This document shows positions 48,411 through 63,470 of a stretch of 64,000 nt of DNA, one piece after another (within the stretch, counting starts at the first letter, position 1; the number at the start of each line of letters is the position of its first letter). This stretch comes from Octopus bimaculoides (Eukaryota). Under the pieces are notes generated by a model. The model did no database searches. It saw nothing but the letters and a program-made list of their open reading frames with translations, and was not told the origin of the DNA. Both the position numbers and the translations under genes were made by a program. The DNA lies in assembly GCF_001194135.2 (NCBI RefSeq), contig NC_068982.1:50344496-50408495 (forward strand), in the 5' to 3' direction.

Positions 48411-48699
48411 TGTCACTTCATTTTTGCAGTTCAGCTTCCTGATATCAGATTTCATCATATCTTCTCTTGTCATCCTTGGGCTTCTTCTGCAGATTCCTTT
48501 CAATTGGATTATTCGACATACAAAAGCGCTTGAAATAGAGGAGGTATGCATCTCACAATTTCAAGAAAAATAGTAGATGCTATCTCAGCAGTGGGTACAG
48601 TAGGTCAATAGACATGGCTGTGTGGTGAGAAGCTTGCTTCCCAACCTCATGGTTGTAGGCAAGTAAACTAAGTGACAAATATGGAGGGTTTCTCTGCAG

Positions 48700-49900
48700 T
48701 GATACTGCTCATCAGTTTAGTGAAGCTGAGGGGAAGAGTGTCCTAAAAAGTTGGTGGACATCATTTTGTCAAGGAACCAAAGGGATCAGCTGCAGTTTGA
48801 CATATGGGATAACTTGAGAGCTACAAGATGCTTGAAGCATTCATGCGCTGGATAAATGGCCTTACAAATGTTGCATTGTTGGGTAAACATCACCCCATTG
48901 TAGGGTGTGGATGAGTTTTGCCAGATGTTATAGGCTTTGGTTTTTTTTTGCTTGAACAGCCTCACCAAAACTGTAAGGGAACCTCCTTAGAACACTTACA
49001 ACATTGAAGTTTTGCTGTGTGCAAGTCATAGACAGACAAACTTCAAAGGATGATTTTAATCAATCACCTAGTTGTTTTGGAGTTTGGATGGAAGCATATA
49101 TGCTGTTAAAGTTGGTATCAAACTAGCAAAACTCCAATTATTCGACTGACTTGAAGTACCATAGTTGGAGAAACTTTAAGGTTTTGTAGTTGCAATGAGG
49201 CAGTAGTAGTTGACTTGATAAGCGCAGAGATAGTTATAGTTTAGTATTGATTAAGTTTGGAATTAAGAAAAAAAATTAAGGTTGTTTGGAGGTATGTGAG
49301 TTTTGCCCTAAAGTGTAAGTTGATGAGACAAGATGATGGAGAAAGTTAAAGATTGCAATAAATTTGGTTTCTGTTTGTGGCATCAGTGAAGAATGAGTGA
49401 GAGAGCTATGAGAAGTTGTGAATGTTTAAGACACTGGGAATGATGATTCTACAAAAGGGTAGAGTAAGATATATGTTTTCAATGCTGGATGAGATGTAAT
49501 CTAAGAGATGCTGGTGGGTCAAGAAGTTAGGAAGAATAGAAGTTACAGATGTGTTTACGAGTAGGAGACTTTGATTCAAGGTAAGTGAAAGTCATTATTT
49601 ATGATATCGAAACAACAGAGGTGACTAACAGGCCGAGTGGTATCTATGTAAGTGCAGATGCCTGCCTTTCAAGGTGAAGTTAGAAGAGAGGGTGTAACCT
49701 AGGCAACTGTGATGAATTAAAAATCGGGATTAAGAGATTGATATCTCAGAGAGGAAGGAATACAATGTTTGGTCTGAGATGATGAGCAGCATCTGGATTG
49801 GAATGAATTCCATGGATATTGGAGAAGGAGGGGAGATTGTTTACTTCTGGTGTTTGGCATTTCAAGAAAAGAGTAGGGTGACAGTACATTGAAAGTTTAT
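48700..49900 (-). mobile_element. CR1/Jockey-like LINE ORF2 relic (APE endonuclease and linker)
   Basis: Minus-strand FSNIHGIHSNPDAAHHL.. resembles the APE N-terminus (xNIRGLxSN); later ..AVQAKK..AYNIW.. linker-like segment. Many stops. Confidence 0.55.
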
Positions 49901-51289
49901 GGCACTGGTGCTTGTGAAAGCGAACACTTTGACATTTATGTTATAAATTCAATGTTTATTATATTAAAAAATAATCCATTTTAAGTTCATTCTTACGTGA
50001 TGTATACATGTTTTTCACTAGACATCATGTATAATTGTGATTCATTTTTATTGCCATATCCTATTCTTATTTTGTTCATTCCTTAATCACCTATAAATTT
50101 TCTCTCTTGCTACCACCTATCAACAAAGACAGTTATTTTATATCAATTCTTGCTGTTCTTTTCTGTGTACGTACACTGCTAGACTGTTGTTTTTTTCTTT
50201 GGAAAACATTTTGTTCTTGAATTTTCTTTTAGATCTCAAGTTTGACTTTAATATTTAGATATATAGAGAAAAGCTTTTATCATTTCAAGACTGTTTTGGC
50301 AAACAGTCCAGAGAAAAATATTCAACTTTTGCCCTTAAGTATTTAAGGATAATACTCTCTTCATGAAACTTTATTTCATGTGATTGTTATTTAATCTTGT
50401 TTTCCAAATCTCTTTAATGTATAAAAATTTCATGTCTATCATCTACACAGATATGTCAATCTGTCTGAACTTCAAAGTGTTTCATATATATTTATATATA
50501 TTCATTCATATTATGATTTGGCGACTAAATTCTTCAAAATTGGACATCTAACATGAAAGAGTTTGTTCAGATTGTTTGTGATTCTGGTCACAACCTTTAT
50601 TGATTTTTATCTCAAAAATACAGACAAGAATCTACTAGAATAACATTAATCTACCAGAATAACATCTTACCTTCTGAATTCAGTCAAATTCCTCATTCAT
50701 TCATCTACTGATCATTTTAGTGAAATACACTGTTCTTTTTTGACAGTGAAGATGTTTACATGTTTTACACCATGTTATTTACTGAATTTAATGTGAACTA
50801 TAAAGTGTAGAAGTTTCAGTAATGTTGTTATTTTCCGTATTTTATTAGTTATTAATCCGTTACAAATTCCTTATTTATCTTCAAAGTTTGTTTATTATAT
50901 TATGTTAACTTATTACATTATACTTCTAAGCAAGGTAAATAACTCCTGCATACATTTGATTTCCTGACTAACAAGTTGAACTTAGCATTTTTGAGATATT
51001 TGGGAAATTGATTAGTGGTTAGAATAGTTATCCTATCAATCAATAAATAAATAAAATAAAATTAATTGCTCCAACAATATTTTAGGCTCACAAATATTTA
51101 AAATCAATTCCAGTCATGTCTTGATTAAGTTACTCCCAGTACTTACCTAGTAGTTTATTGTCTCCAGAAAGATGAAGAGCAGAGTTGACTGACATTGGTA
51201 GCATTAAAAATAAGAATGTAATTCCACTATACAATCTAATGCTACAGGATATTTTGTCTTGTACTTTACAATTCTGATGATAATAATGA

Positions 51290-51465
51290 TTTCAAATTTT
51301 GGCACAAGGTCTGCAATTCTGGGAGAAGGGGTAACTCACATTTGACCCTGAAAGGATGAAAGGCAAAGTTGACCTTAGCAGAATTTGAACTCAGAACGTA
51401 AAGATGGATGAAATGCTACTAAGCATTTTGCCTGATGTGCTAACATTTCTACCAGCTAGCTGCCT
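51290..51465 (-). mobile_element. SINE family B
   Basis: GACCCTGAAAGGATGAAAGGCAAAGTTGACC..GAATTTGAACTCAGAAC..GCTGCC, followed by (ATA)n. Confidence 0.85.
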
Positions 51466-51476
51466 TAAATAATAAC

Positions 51477-51509
<33 letters not shown>

Positions 51510-51514
51510 CATTT

Positions 51515-51920
51515 TTAAGCCTAGTACTTATTCTATCAGTCTGTTTGGCTGAACTGCTAAGTTACAGGGACGTAAGCACACCTACATTGGTTGTCAGGTG
51601 ATGTGGGGGGACAAATAGAGATACAAAGACACACTCATACACACACACACACACACAACAGGCTTTTTTCAGTTTCTGTTTATCAGATCCACTCACAAGG
51701 TTTATAGTAGAAGACCCTTGCCCAAAGTGCCATCCATTGGGACTGAACCCAGAACCATGTAGTTAGGAAACAAGCTTACACACGGTGGGTTTCTTTCAGT
51801 TTCCATCTACCAAATTTACTCACAAGGCTTTTTAGTCAGCACTGGGTGTAGTAAAATAAAACTTGCTCAAGAATCCATACTGCAAAGTGAACTTCTTACC
51901 ACACAGCCACACCTGAGCCT
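51515..51920 (-). mobile_element. SINE family A, partly duplicated
   Basis: AGCCTAGTACTTATTCTATC..GCTAAGTTACAGGGACGTAAG..; the CTTTCAGTTTC..CACTCACAAGG block occurs twice. Confidence 0.8.
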
Positions 51921-52674
51921 AAGTGATGATAATGATTTAATAAAAAAACTGAAAAAAAAACAAAAAAACTATGAATAACTGGAAACTTTTATGGGTGTAA
52001 CAAATTAAAGTCACCTAAACATCAAGTTTTCAGCAACACACACACAAACTCATATATAAACACACACACACACACATACACGCACGAGCATGTTCGTGAA
52101 TCTCAGCACAAATTTCTTGTCTATTTAATAATGAGACATTGTAATAGAAGTGTTATCATATATGCTATTGATTTCCATGACATATTTAAAATTTCTACCC
52201 TGGAAATGATACAGGAAGACATATCTATACACAAGAGAGATTCTCCCTGAAGCCAAGAAACCAAATCAGTGTCAATTGGCAATATATAATGTTGATGAAG
52301 CTTTTATATTTCTGTTCCATTAAATTATACTAAAATATATCATCTCACTCAGAAACTGTAACTGAGTAAACCTTATTCTAAGACTTTATATTGAGTTAGC
52401 TATTGTAATTCATTTTCAATATTCTTCTCCATTCGGCAATTATTACTTCTTCCGCCTTCTCCCACTCCTGTTTCTTCTTTCTTGTTGTATTGTTCTGTTT
52501 TTGTAGCCACAATTTTATTTTTCATGCCTTCATTTCTTATTATATTTTTGTTCTCATATTTCATTTTCTTTCCTGATTGATAATTTCTTGCCTGATTCAA
52601 GCTGTTTGTTTGTTTGTTTGTTGTAATGGTGCATATTTATGGGTGAGTCATTTTCAAATATCTCAATGAATAGG

Positions 52675-53610
<936 letters not shown>

Positions 53611-54905
53611 AAATGATTACACTCACAGTCCCCCAACAGAAACAATTATTATTTTTTTTATTTTGAATACTTTTCTCAGCTAAACATTTTGCAACATATT
53701 TTACTTTCTATTAATAATTTTTCATGTAATCATAAAAGAAAAATTAAAAAAACAAACATAAAAACATACCTATCTGGGGCTACATTTTAGAAAGTCTTCT
53801 GTTTATTACGAAAATAGAAATATGATGAAAGCGAGACAGCTTTGGCAGATAGAAGCTTTAGCATTTGAGAAAAAAATGCAGGAATGACTTTATTTACTCA
53901 AACATTGCAACCATGTTGTGTCTTCTTTCTATCAATGTTTGCTACCTAATCCCTCAGATTAGCAATATAAACTCTTCTTTTGTCAGTGATTTCAGCAATC
54001 TATGCAAACGTTTTTTTTCTTTCTTTTTTTGTTTATTTTGTTCAGGTACAAAATAAAAACCTATTTTATTGTGCATGAACCAAAAAAATATGTTCAGGTA
54101 CTCAAAATAAATTTTTGTAATATATGAACATTTATATTGTAGATACAAGAAAATTTGTTTATGTTCAGTTCTGTTTTAGCCAATGTTTGTATATTTATAT
54201 ATATATTTCTTCAGTTTTCAATATTTCTGTAGAATTTCCTTGCCTATGTTGTACTACAGTAAAAATCTTTTTACTACCATTTGCCCTGGCCATGTTCATA
54301 AGTTAGGATTTGGTATGTGAGAAATTTAAAAGTTAGACATTATATACCAGAAACCAATGTTAAAAGGGAAGGAACAAAATAAAAGTTTTTAAGGAATCCT
54401 CCATTTACATCAGTAAACTAATTTATTGTTTAGCCTCTGTACAGTAACAATGATTTAGAATCTTATATTGATTGAATAGTATTTTGACCAACCAAAATCT
54501 AAGTTCTAAATTTTGATTACTGAAAAGAAATCTAATAGCAAGGCAGCTGGATAGATAGTGAGTTCTGTGATGTGAGGAATGCAGGGCTGTGAATGCATCT
54601 AATAAATGTATTCTCAGCTGGAAGAGCAGCCACAAATTCTCTAAATGTATCTTTGCCAAGAATTTGAAGCAATTCGCCTGCACAATGCTTTGTTTTGTAA
54701 AGTTCCTGGAGTGAGTAACATGTTATATAGTTCTGAGATGTGTTTACATTGTTATATACTGGAGCAGTATTTAGATGTTTACAAAAGGATTTATTAAGAA
54801 TTATTACCCTATCACAGTTGTATCATACCAAACATTATTACACACTACACCAATAATAAATAGCTGGAGTTATACTCTTAGAGAATAAAAACTAGTAAAC
54901 TTTAA

Positions 54906-55125
54906 TCCTATAGCATTTAATCTGGCCATATTCAACCCAAATATTCTATCTGATTTATGTTCAAACCAACTGGCTTTGGCCTCTCACACCATCTCTATAA
55001 TGTCATATTAAAACTAAACAATTACATCCTTGGAATCTTGAAGTTCCAAGATAATGCAAGATTAATTCAAAACAATGTGAATAAATAATCATTACATTTG
55101 ATAGAGTAATCTGAATGCTAAAGGA
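54906..55125 (+). mobile_element. piggyBac-type MITE (family D)
   Basis: TTAA|TCCTATAGCATT ... AATGCTAAAGGA|TTAA. Confidence 0.7.
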
Positions 55126-56659
55126 TTAATGTTGCTCTACGACAATTTTAGGCTCAGTTGTAGAATGAAATGCACACAATTTACTGTTTTTATTTTTCTG
55201 TAGTCTAATTGTTAAGTTTTCAACACGTTTTCAAGAATTGACCAATCCTCCTCCTCCTCATCATCATCATCATCTTCTTCTTCTCAACAAATTCCATCCA
55301 ATCCGTGGGTGTGTGTGTGTGTGCATGGGTAAAGTAGATATTAAAATAAGGATTTCTAACAATGACCAACCCATACTTTTACTCAGGTATCATGTACCTG
55401 AGACTTCATTATTCATTTTGCCCTCTACTTTTCAAGATGGTTCTGTGTAATTTGAGGGTGATTTGACTACTATTTCTCAGAGCTTCAGCCACATTGAAAC
55501 TTCCACATTAGCTTGTGTTATTGTTTCTATAGTTCGTTCATTTTATATGGACCATAACTCGCCTTTATTATAAGTATACCATTAAGATAGGTGATAGATT
55601 GAGAAATATAAATCAAATGCTGCTTTTCTGTTTGGAAATAGAACTTAGCAAATGGAACTTCTATTTTAATATCGTATTTAACCTTAGGACAAGATCATAT
55701 CATAAAACTATGATAACTAATAACTAGATGACTCTTCTGATTGTAATTTTCTGTGCCCCCTTTGTTTCTGGAACATCATTTAGTAGGAAAGCTCTCTATC
55801 AAATTGAATTATGTTCAAAGTAGATGTGAGTATAGATTGCATAGACTTGTAATGCTAAATATCTGAAGAGGATGTTTCATTAGGGAATACAGTCCAATGA
55901 AATAAAAATAGTTGTTAGATTACAGTTTTAATGGCATACCTATCAGAAAATGTTGTCATGGAAATTACTTAGATGAAGTTGCTGTATGGAGATAGATTCA
56001 GGCTTTAGATTTTTGCCTTCTGTTTACTGGAAATATTCCGTGGTTGTATAATTACAAATGACATATCATTTGGGGTTGTCTAATTTTAGTAAATAAAAGC
56101 CCTTTTAGCAAAAGCACTCTATTCTATTAGTCTATATTTTGAGATAGACAGGTTAGGAAAGGCTGCTCAAGCCTAGATATATTCACACTGCAACCTTATC
56201 AGAGAAAGAAAAAAAGAAAAAGTTGGCAGAAGTTATTCTAACTCCTCTTTTACTGTCAGTTCCATTTCAGTTTTCACTGTACTTTTCAATAAGTAAAAAC
56301 ACCCTTATAACTACTTTAAGGAAAATGTGAAAAATTACTGTTTATCTCAAACATTTTCAATCCTCCTCCTCATTGTATTTTTTTTTTTTTGTGTTCATTT
56401 TTCCATGTTGGTAAGGATTGGACAAGACTCTTTGCAAGCTGTGTTTTATAGCTAGCTGCCCTTTCTGATGCTAACAATTTTAGTCACCTCTTCAAACACA
56501 AGGAGACAGTGTATTTATTCTAAAAACTAGGATTTACACACTGCAACTGGGAAGTGTTTACAGTACCGAGCCCTCTCAAACAGTCCCTCACCTAAACATC
56601 AATGTTGTTTAACATTAGTGATCAGATAAGTTTCTCATGGTATCTTCTTTTATCATTTA

Positions 56660-56900
56660 TTTATTTCAATCACTGAACTGCATCCTTGCTGGGATGCTGC
56701 CCTAAAGGGTTTTGGTCAAGCAAATCAACCACAGTACTAAACTTTTTAAGTCCAGCAGTTATTTTATCAGTCTCCATTGCCAAACTGTTAAGCTATGGTG
56801 ATCTACACAAACCAACACCAGTTGTCAAGCAGTTGGTTCATGGGGGGAACAGGGACAACACACACACACACACACATGAAAGACTTCTGCACAGTTTCCA
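56660..56900 (-). mobile_element. SINE family A, decayed
   Basis: GCCAAACTGTTAAGCTATGGTGATCTACACAAACCAACACCAGTTGTCAAGC. Confidence 0.7.
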
Positions 56901-57819
56901 CCTACCAGTTTCACTTTGAAAACTTCATGCTTTTTTCAAAAACAAATTCTTCAGTTCTACTTTTACATCAGTTTGTCTGCCACATGTTACTTTAGCTCTT
57001 TTCAAACATCACATTCTACCTTAAAACCATCTCTCTTCTCTTAAAATGTGTTTGAGTGCTTTCAGAAATTTTCCATTTCTGGTGCTTCTTTCACTGAAAA
57101 AATTTCGGTGATTAACAGATTACCAAACTATATCACTGAGCAGATGGGAGCTTCCGCATTCGCTTGACATGTTAGAAATAGCAGCTAAATATTTTATAAG
57201 TCACACACACAAGGAAAAAGGACATATAAGCTATGCAACTTCTGAGAAAAGAAAACAAAAAGTTGAGTGGGGATATTCACAGCTAGAACATCATAGATTT
57301 TAAAAATCTGATTAATTTTTACTGTATTCCAATTTCAAGTCTGTTTAGTACTATTGCAGCAGGTTGTTATCTCCCTTATCTTACCTGTTTCATTGTCAGG
57401 TAAAAGTGTGTTCAATTATTAACACAACACTATAATGTTAGTAGTGAAATAGAAACTCACAACACTTTGAGTGGAGAAGCCAATATCTTATGATTATCTA
57501 TTTTTACGCTAAACGTTGTATTACAGGAATGGATGAAACAAAATTAATTACTCTTCTAGTTAATACAATATTTAATCAATTTATTCATGCACTATATTAG
57601 TATGTGTGCATATATGTGTGCGTGTGTATATATATATATATATATNNNNNNNNNNNNNNNNNNNNNNNNNNNNNNNNNNNNNNNNNNNNNNNNNNNNNNN
57701 NNNNNNNNNNNNNNNNNNNNNNNNNNNNNNNNNNNNNNNNNNNNNNNNNNNNNNNNNNNNNNNNNNNNNNNNNNNNNNNNNNNNNNNNNNNNNNNNNNNN
57801 NNNNNNNNNNNATATATAT

Positions 57820-58160
57820 CTTTTATCTTTTACTTGTTTCAGTCATTAGACTGCAGCCATGCTGGAGTAACCCTTTAACCCTTTGAAGAATTTTTAGTCA
57901 GATGAATTAACACCCATGACTTCTTTTATGCTTGGTACATATTCTATCAGTGTCTTTTGCCAAACCATTAAGTTATGGGGATGCAAACTCACCAGTTGTC
58001 AAGCAGTGGTGGGGAGACAAACAGATACACACACATACATATATATATATATATATGTGTGTGTATATAAGACATTTGCCCAAAGTGCCACACAGTGGGA
58101 CTGAATCCAGAACCATGTGGTTATGAAGCAAGCTTCTTACCATACACCCACACCTGTGTC
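57820..58160 (-). mobile_element. SINE family A
   Basis: TTACTTGTTTCAGTCATTAGACTGCAGCCATGCTGGAG..CCCAAAGTGCCACACAGTGGGACTGAATCCAGAACCATGTGG. Confidence 0.85.
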
Positions 58161-58172
58161 TCTGTTTCTGTT

Positions 58173-58273
<101 letters not shown>

Positions 58274-59111
58274 NNNNNNNNNNNNNNNNNNNNNNNNNNN
58301 NNNNNNNNNNNNNNNNNNNNNNNNNNNNNNNNNNNNNNNNNNNNNNNNNNNNNNNNNNNNNNNNNNNNNNNNNNNNNNNNNNNNNNNNNNNNNNNNNNNN
58401 NNNNNNNNNNNNNNNNNNNNNNNNNNNNNNNNNNNNNNNNNNNNNNNNNNNNNNNNNNNNNNNNNNNNNNNNNNNNNNNNNNNNNNNNNNNNNNNNNNNN
58501 NNNNNNNNNNNNNNNNNNNNNNNNNNNNNNNNNNNNNNNNNNNNNNNNNNNNNNNNNNNNNNNNNNNNNNNNNNNNNNNNNNNNNNNNNNNNNNNNNNNN
58601 NNNNNNNNNNNNNNNNNNNNNNNNNNNNNNNNNNNNNNNNNNNNNNNNNNNNNNNNNNNNNNNNNNNNNNNNNNNNNNNNNNNNNNNNNNNNNNNNNNNN
58701 NNNNNNNNNNNNNNNNNNNNNNNNNNNNNNNNNNNNNNNNNNNNNNNNNNNNNNNNNNNNNNNNNNNNNNNNNNNNNNNNNNNNNNNNNNNNNNNNNNNN
58801 NNNNNNNNNNNNNNNNNNNNNNNNNNNNNNNNNNNNNNNNNNNNNNNNNNNNNNNNNNNNNNNNNNNNNNNNNNNNNNNNNNNNNNNNNNNNNNNNNNNN
58901 NNNNNNNNNNNNNNNNNNNNNNNNNNNNNNNNNNNNNNNNNNNNNNNNNNNNNNNNNNNNNNNNNNNNNNNNNNNNNNNNNNNNNNNNNNNNNNNNNNNN
59001 NNNNNNNNNNNNNNNNNNNNNNNNNNNNNNNNNNNNNNNNNNNNNNNNNNNNNNNNNNNNNNNNNNNNNNNNNNNNNNNNNNNNNNNNNNNNNNNNNNNN
59101 NNNNNNNNNNN

Positions 59112-59310
59112 TTTACTGCCCACGAGGGGCTACACACAGAGGGGATAAACAAGGACAGACAAACGGATTAAGTCGATTATATCAACCCCAGTGCATAACT
59201 GGTACTTATTTAATTGACCCCAAAAGAATGAAAGGCAAAGTCGACCTCGGCGGAATTTGAACTGCTAAGCATTTCGCCCGGTGTGCTAACATTTCTGCCA
59301 GCTCACCACC
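59112..59310 (-). mobile_element. SINE family B with long tail, young copy
   Basis: Nearly identical to 8455-8672. Confidence 0.85.
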
Positions 59311-59575
59311 CAAGTTTCTGTCAACTTTTTGGCTTATTTCTGTTTCTGTCAACTAAATACACTCACAGAGCTTTGATTGGCCTAAGGCTCTAGTAAAAGA
59401 CACTTGCCCAGGGTGTCACACAGTGGGACAGAATGTGAAAACCATGTTATTTGGGAAGCTGCTGTTGGCATTGCCTTTCATTTTCTGAAGGTGTGTGGTT
59501 CAATTAAGTTGCATACCATTAAAGTATTTGGTACCAATGGTGCTCTGTCCAACACTAATAATAGATTGTAGATAA

Positions 59576-60200
59576 CCATTTAGCATGTTAACTGGTCACA
59601 TCTGACCCAAATATTCTACTTGTTTTATGTTCAAACCAGTGGAGGCGCAATGGCCCAGTGGTTAGGGCAGCGGACTCGCGGTCATAGGATTGCGGTTTCG
59701 ATTCCCAGACCGGACGTTGTGAGTGTTTATTGAGTGAAAACACCTAAAGCTCCACGAGGCTCTGGCAGGGGATGGTGGCGAACCCTGCTGTACTCTTTCA
59801 CCTCAACTTTCTCACTCTTACTTCCTGTTTCTGTTGTGCCTGTAATTCAAAGGGTCAACCTTGTCACACTGTGTCACGCTGAATATCCCCGAGAACTATG
59901 TTAAGGGTACACGTGTCTGTGGAGTGCTCAGCCACTTGCACGTTAATTTCACGAGCAGGTTGTTCCGTTGATGGGATCAACTGGAACCCTCGACGTCGTA
60001 AGCGATGGAGTGCCAACAACAACGTATGTTCAAACCAGCCAGATCCAGCTTCTCACACCTGCTCTACAGTGTCATTCTACAAACAAAGAGTAACATCATG
60101 AAAATCTTGAAGCTATGAGATAATACATGATTAATTCAAAACAATGTGAATTAATTAGCATTACATTTGGCAGTAATTTGAATGCTAAAGGTTTAAAGGG
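59576..60200 (+). mobile_element. piggyBac-type MITE (family D) interrupted by a family C SINE
   Basis: Homologous to 54906-55125 once the SINE and one TSD are removed. Confidence 0.7.
59640..60024 (+). mobile_element. full-length tRNA-derived SINE family C with 14-bp TSD
   Basis: TSD TATGTTCAAACCAG at 59626-59639 and 60025-60038; A box TGGCCCAGTGG, B box GTTTCGATTCC, (AAC)n tail. Confidence 0.92.
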
Positions 60201-60239
60201 TTAATTTACTTAAAATAGTTTGCAATATTTAATGTTGTG

Positions 60240-60500
60240 TCAGGTGGTGAGCTGGCAGAATTGTTAGCATTTTGTCTGTCTTTCATATTCCGAGTTCAAA
60301 TTCCACTATGGTCAACCTTACCATTCATTCTTTCATGGTTGATAAAATGAATACTAGCTGAGCACTGGGGTTGAAGTAATTAACTTACCCACTCCCACCA
60401 AACTTAATATTCAATTTTACAGTTCTTGATGTTCTGAGTTCAAATCCAGCCAATGTTCACTTTGTCTTTCATTCTTTTGGGCTTGATAAAACAAAGTACC
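60240..60500 (+). mobile_element. two decayed family-B SINE fragments
   Basis: GGTGGTGAGCTGGCAGAATTGTTAGC..GAGTTCAAATTCC; second GAGTTCAAATCC..CTTTCATTCTTTTGGG. Confidence 0.7.
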
Positions 60501-60764
60501 ATTCACAAATAGGATGCATTACAGGGACTATGGCCAATTTATATCCCAATAATACATCCTGGATGTAAATGGAATTACACTTTTCATTTCCATATCTCTC
60601 TATTTCTCTCTCTCCATTTTATTCTCAACTCCATTAATTATTTATTTGGCTGCATCTTTATCATCATCAACATCAATATCCTCATCATCATCGTCATCAT
60701 TCACACAGTGATACTAACTTCTTTTTGATCACTACCAATTCTTAATTCACTTTATCATTTACTT

Positions 60765-61155
60765 GTTCCTGTCATTTTGGCAGCAGACATACTGAGGCAC
60801 CACTTTGAAGAATTTTAGTCAAAGTGACCCCACCACTTACTTTTTTTTTAAGCCTGGTACCTATTCTATTAATCTCTTACGTTGAACTGCTAAGTTACAG
60901 GGATGTAAACACAGCAGCACCAGTTGTCAAGTGGTGGTGATGGTGGGGGACAGACACACACATATGTGTATATATATATTTATATACATACATACACAAC
61001 AGGCTTCTTTTGGTTTCCATCTACCAAATCCACTTACAAGGCTTTTGGTCAGTCCAGGACTATAGAAAATACTTGTCCAAGATGCCACACAGTGAGACTG
61101 AACTTGGAACCATGTGGTTAGGAAGCAAGTTTCTTACCACACAGCTACCTTGCAC
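60765..61155 (-). mobile_element. SINE family A, CpG-decayed
   Basis: AAGCCTGGTACCTATTCTAT..CTGCTAAGTTACAGGGATGTAAAC..GGAACCATGTGGTTAGGAAGCAAG. Confidence 0.8.
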
Positions 61156-63370
61156 CTACTATTTTGATTTCAATTATTATGCAAATTTGGGCATTTTATT
61201 TGATTTTCTAAAGAACCAATAAATATTTGTTGAGATTTTTTTTTTAACACTAATAACTCAATCATGAAGTAAATGAATGTAATTTTTACCTCTCTTTTTT
61301 TTTTCTAGAAATTAGATTTGGTAAGATAAGTATTTTAAACACAATTTAAAAGAAAGTATATGTATGTTGATCAAAGCAAGAACACAATCCTTTTACCAGG
61401 ACTTTGAATCCATGAACTCTAGAACAAGTATCTAACACTTTAACCATTACTTCACATCATCTCATAAAATTCCATCTTTAGAAATGATGCAAATTTATAT
61501 GTCATCTCCCTCCCAAAAGCTAAGCTGAACAAATTGGTTTTAGTAAGATGTGATGTAAATGTAATTATTTTTCTTTTTAGTATTAATTGGAAATGGGTAG
61601 GATTCTAGCTAGAAGGCTTATAGATTAAAGAAATCTGATTTATCTCTTCCTTGAAATGCTGCCAGACTTGTGGTAATTGAAACATATACAAGTAATGCAT
61701 GTTCTGAAAAAAAAAATAGCAAAAATTACCAAAGACAGAAAGAAAATCAAAGCAAACATGTAATGTAGAATTAAGGACAAATTTACAATTGTGGTGCTTC
61801 AATGAAGTTGAGCATGGCTAGTTGAAAACTTTCAGACATCATATTTTTTTTTTTAATATTATTTTTTGGAAGAGATAAGAAAAAAGAAGTCAAAATATTG
61901 CTTTGAACAAATTCCTAGCTGAAAGGGATTATATAGATTGGGATACCAAATATAATGGCTGTACTATGTAGTTAATATTCTTTTCATTGATCTGAGTCAA
62001 GATAAGATTATTTCTTCTACAACTGATGCTTCTCAATGAATTTTTTCATTTTGTTAGCCATTTATTTTCATTTTTTTTCTTCTTCTTAACATTTTTGTTT
62101 TTAAATGTAGGTTTGCTATCTTCTCAGTTATTCTATGAAACATTTATTTTTGAGACACTTGGGAACCATTATCATTATCTGGATTATTTTGGTGTGGTTT
62201 GTACATGCATTCATTTCATTTTGTAAAAGGTTTGACTTAAGTCAAAAGAGAGATTTGATTTTGTTTCTCTGGATTCTAATCAAATTAATTGGTTTACTAG
62301 CTATTACATTCTAAAATCCGTAAATATTATTCTTCAGAAAAATGTTCATACAAAGAACTGTGATTAGAGAAAGAAATAATGATATTCAATTCTAAGCCTT
62401 AAAATTCCTCAGAACATCTTGTAAGTTTTATAAACTATTTTTCTTCAACACTTGTTTTGTTCTTCTGCAAGGATGGAAAAACTGTTCTGCTCAACAAAAA
62501 TTCTAGGCTGTGGTTCTCAAAATTTTTTGCTCATGACCTACTTGTGAACTCAACATTATATCTTTGGCTTTCTCATAGATGTTATTAGTTGTAAAAAAAA
62601 AAAAATGGTATTTTATCTTTGCATTGTTTATTAATTGAAGCTAAATTATGAAAAACATAATCGTGCATTTGAAACAACTAGACAAAAATAATTATTTCTA
62701 TGCAGATAAAAGAGCATATTTGTAAAAATTCTCTAATGTAAAAATTCTCTAATGCACATTTGTCTCTAAGACAAGGGTGCATAAGCTATAAATTTAATAA
62801 AAATTACTCCTCATAATAACTTAAAGGACCAAAGATTAACTTTAATAATGTGTACTTTATTTACAGAAAAGTCATAAAAACTTCTATTGTTGCATTATTC
62901 TGCTTTCTAGTTGTTAGTAAATATTTCAATGAGAATTGCTAATTGTTAGTGTTTCTGTGTGATTGTCTTGATCTTAAGTCTGAGTTGTTGGATATTACAC
63001 AATACTATATTATTTTAATATTATATGTTCGTAGAGTACATATTTTTTCCATGCCTACTATCTCTGAAGACAACGTGGTGTTGCTTAACCATGCCATTAT
63101 CTAATATCTAATCATTTAATACCCAGTATGAAACCAGTTGGTAAGATTGATTGAAATAGATCTATAATATTGTATACTTTCATATAATGATATCTACCAA
63201 ATGTATTGGTAAGACAAAACATGCAATCGTTACCAAAATAGCAAAAATCTGTCCACAAAGGTCTATAATAGACTCCTTATGAATCGATCTCCTTGGTTAT
63301 ATATCAAAATTTAAATAAGAACTTTGACACTAATATCCATATATATTAAAGTTTATTACCTAGAATTTTG

Positions 63371-63470
<100 letters not shown>

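Noticed and set aside
62026-62226. Acceptor at ~62110 as candidate exon 3 of the Ly6-like gene
   Set aside because: The in-phase translation (GLLSSQLFYETF..) lacks the expected second-half Cys pattern and terminal CN motif.
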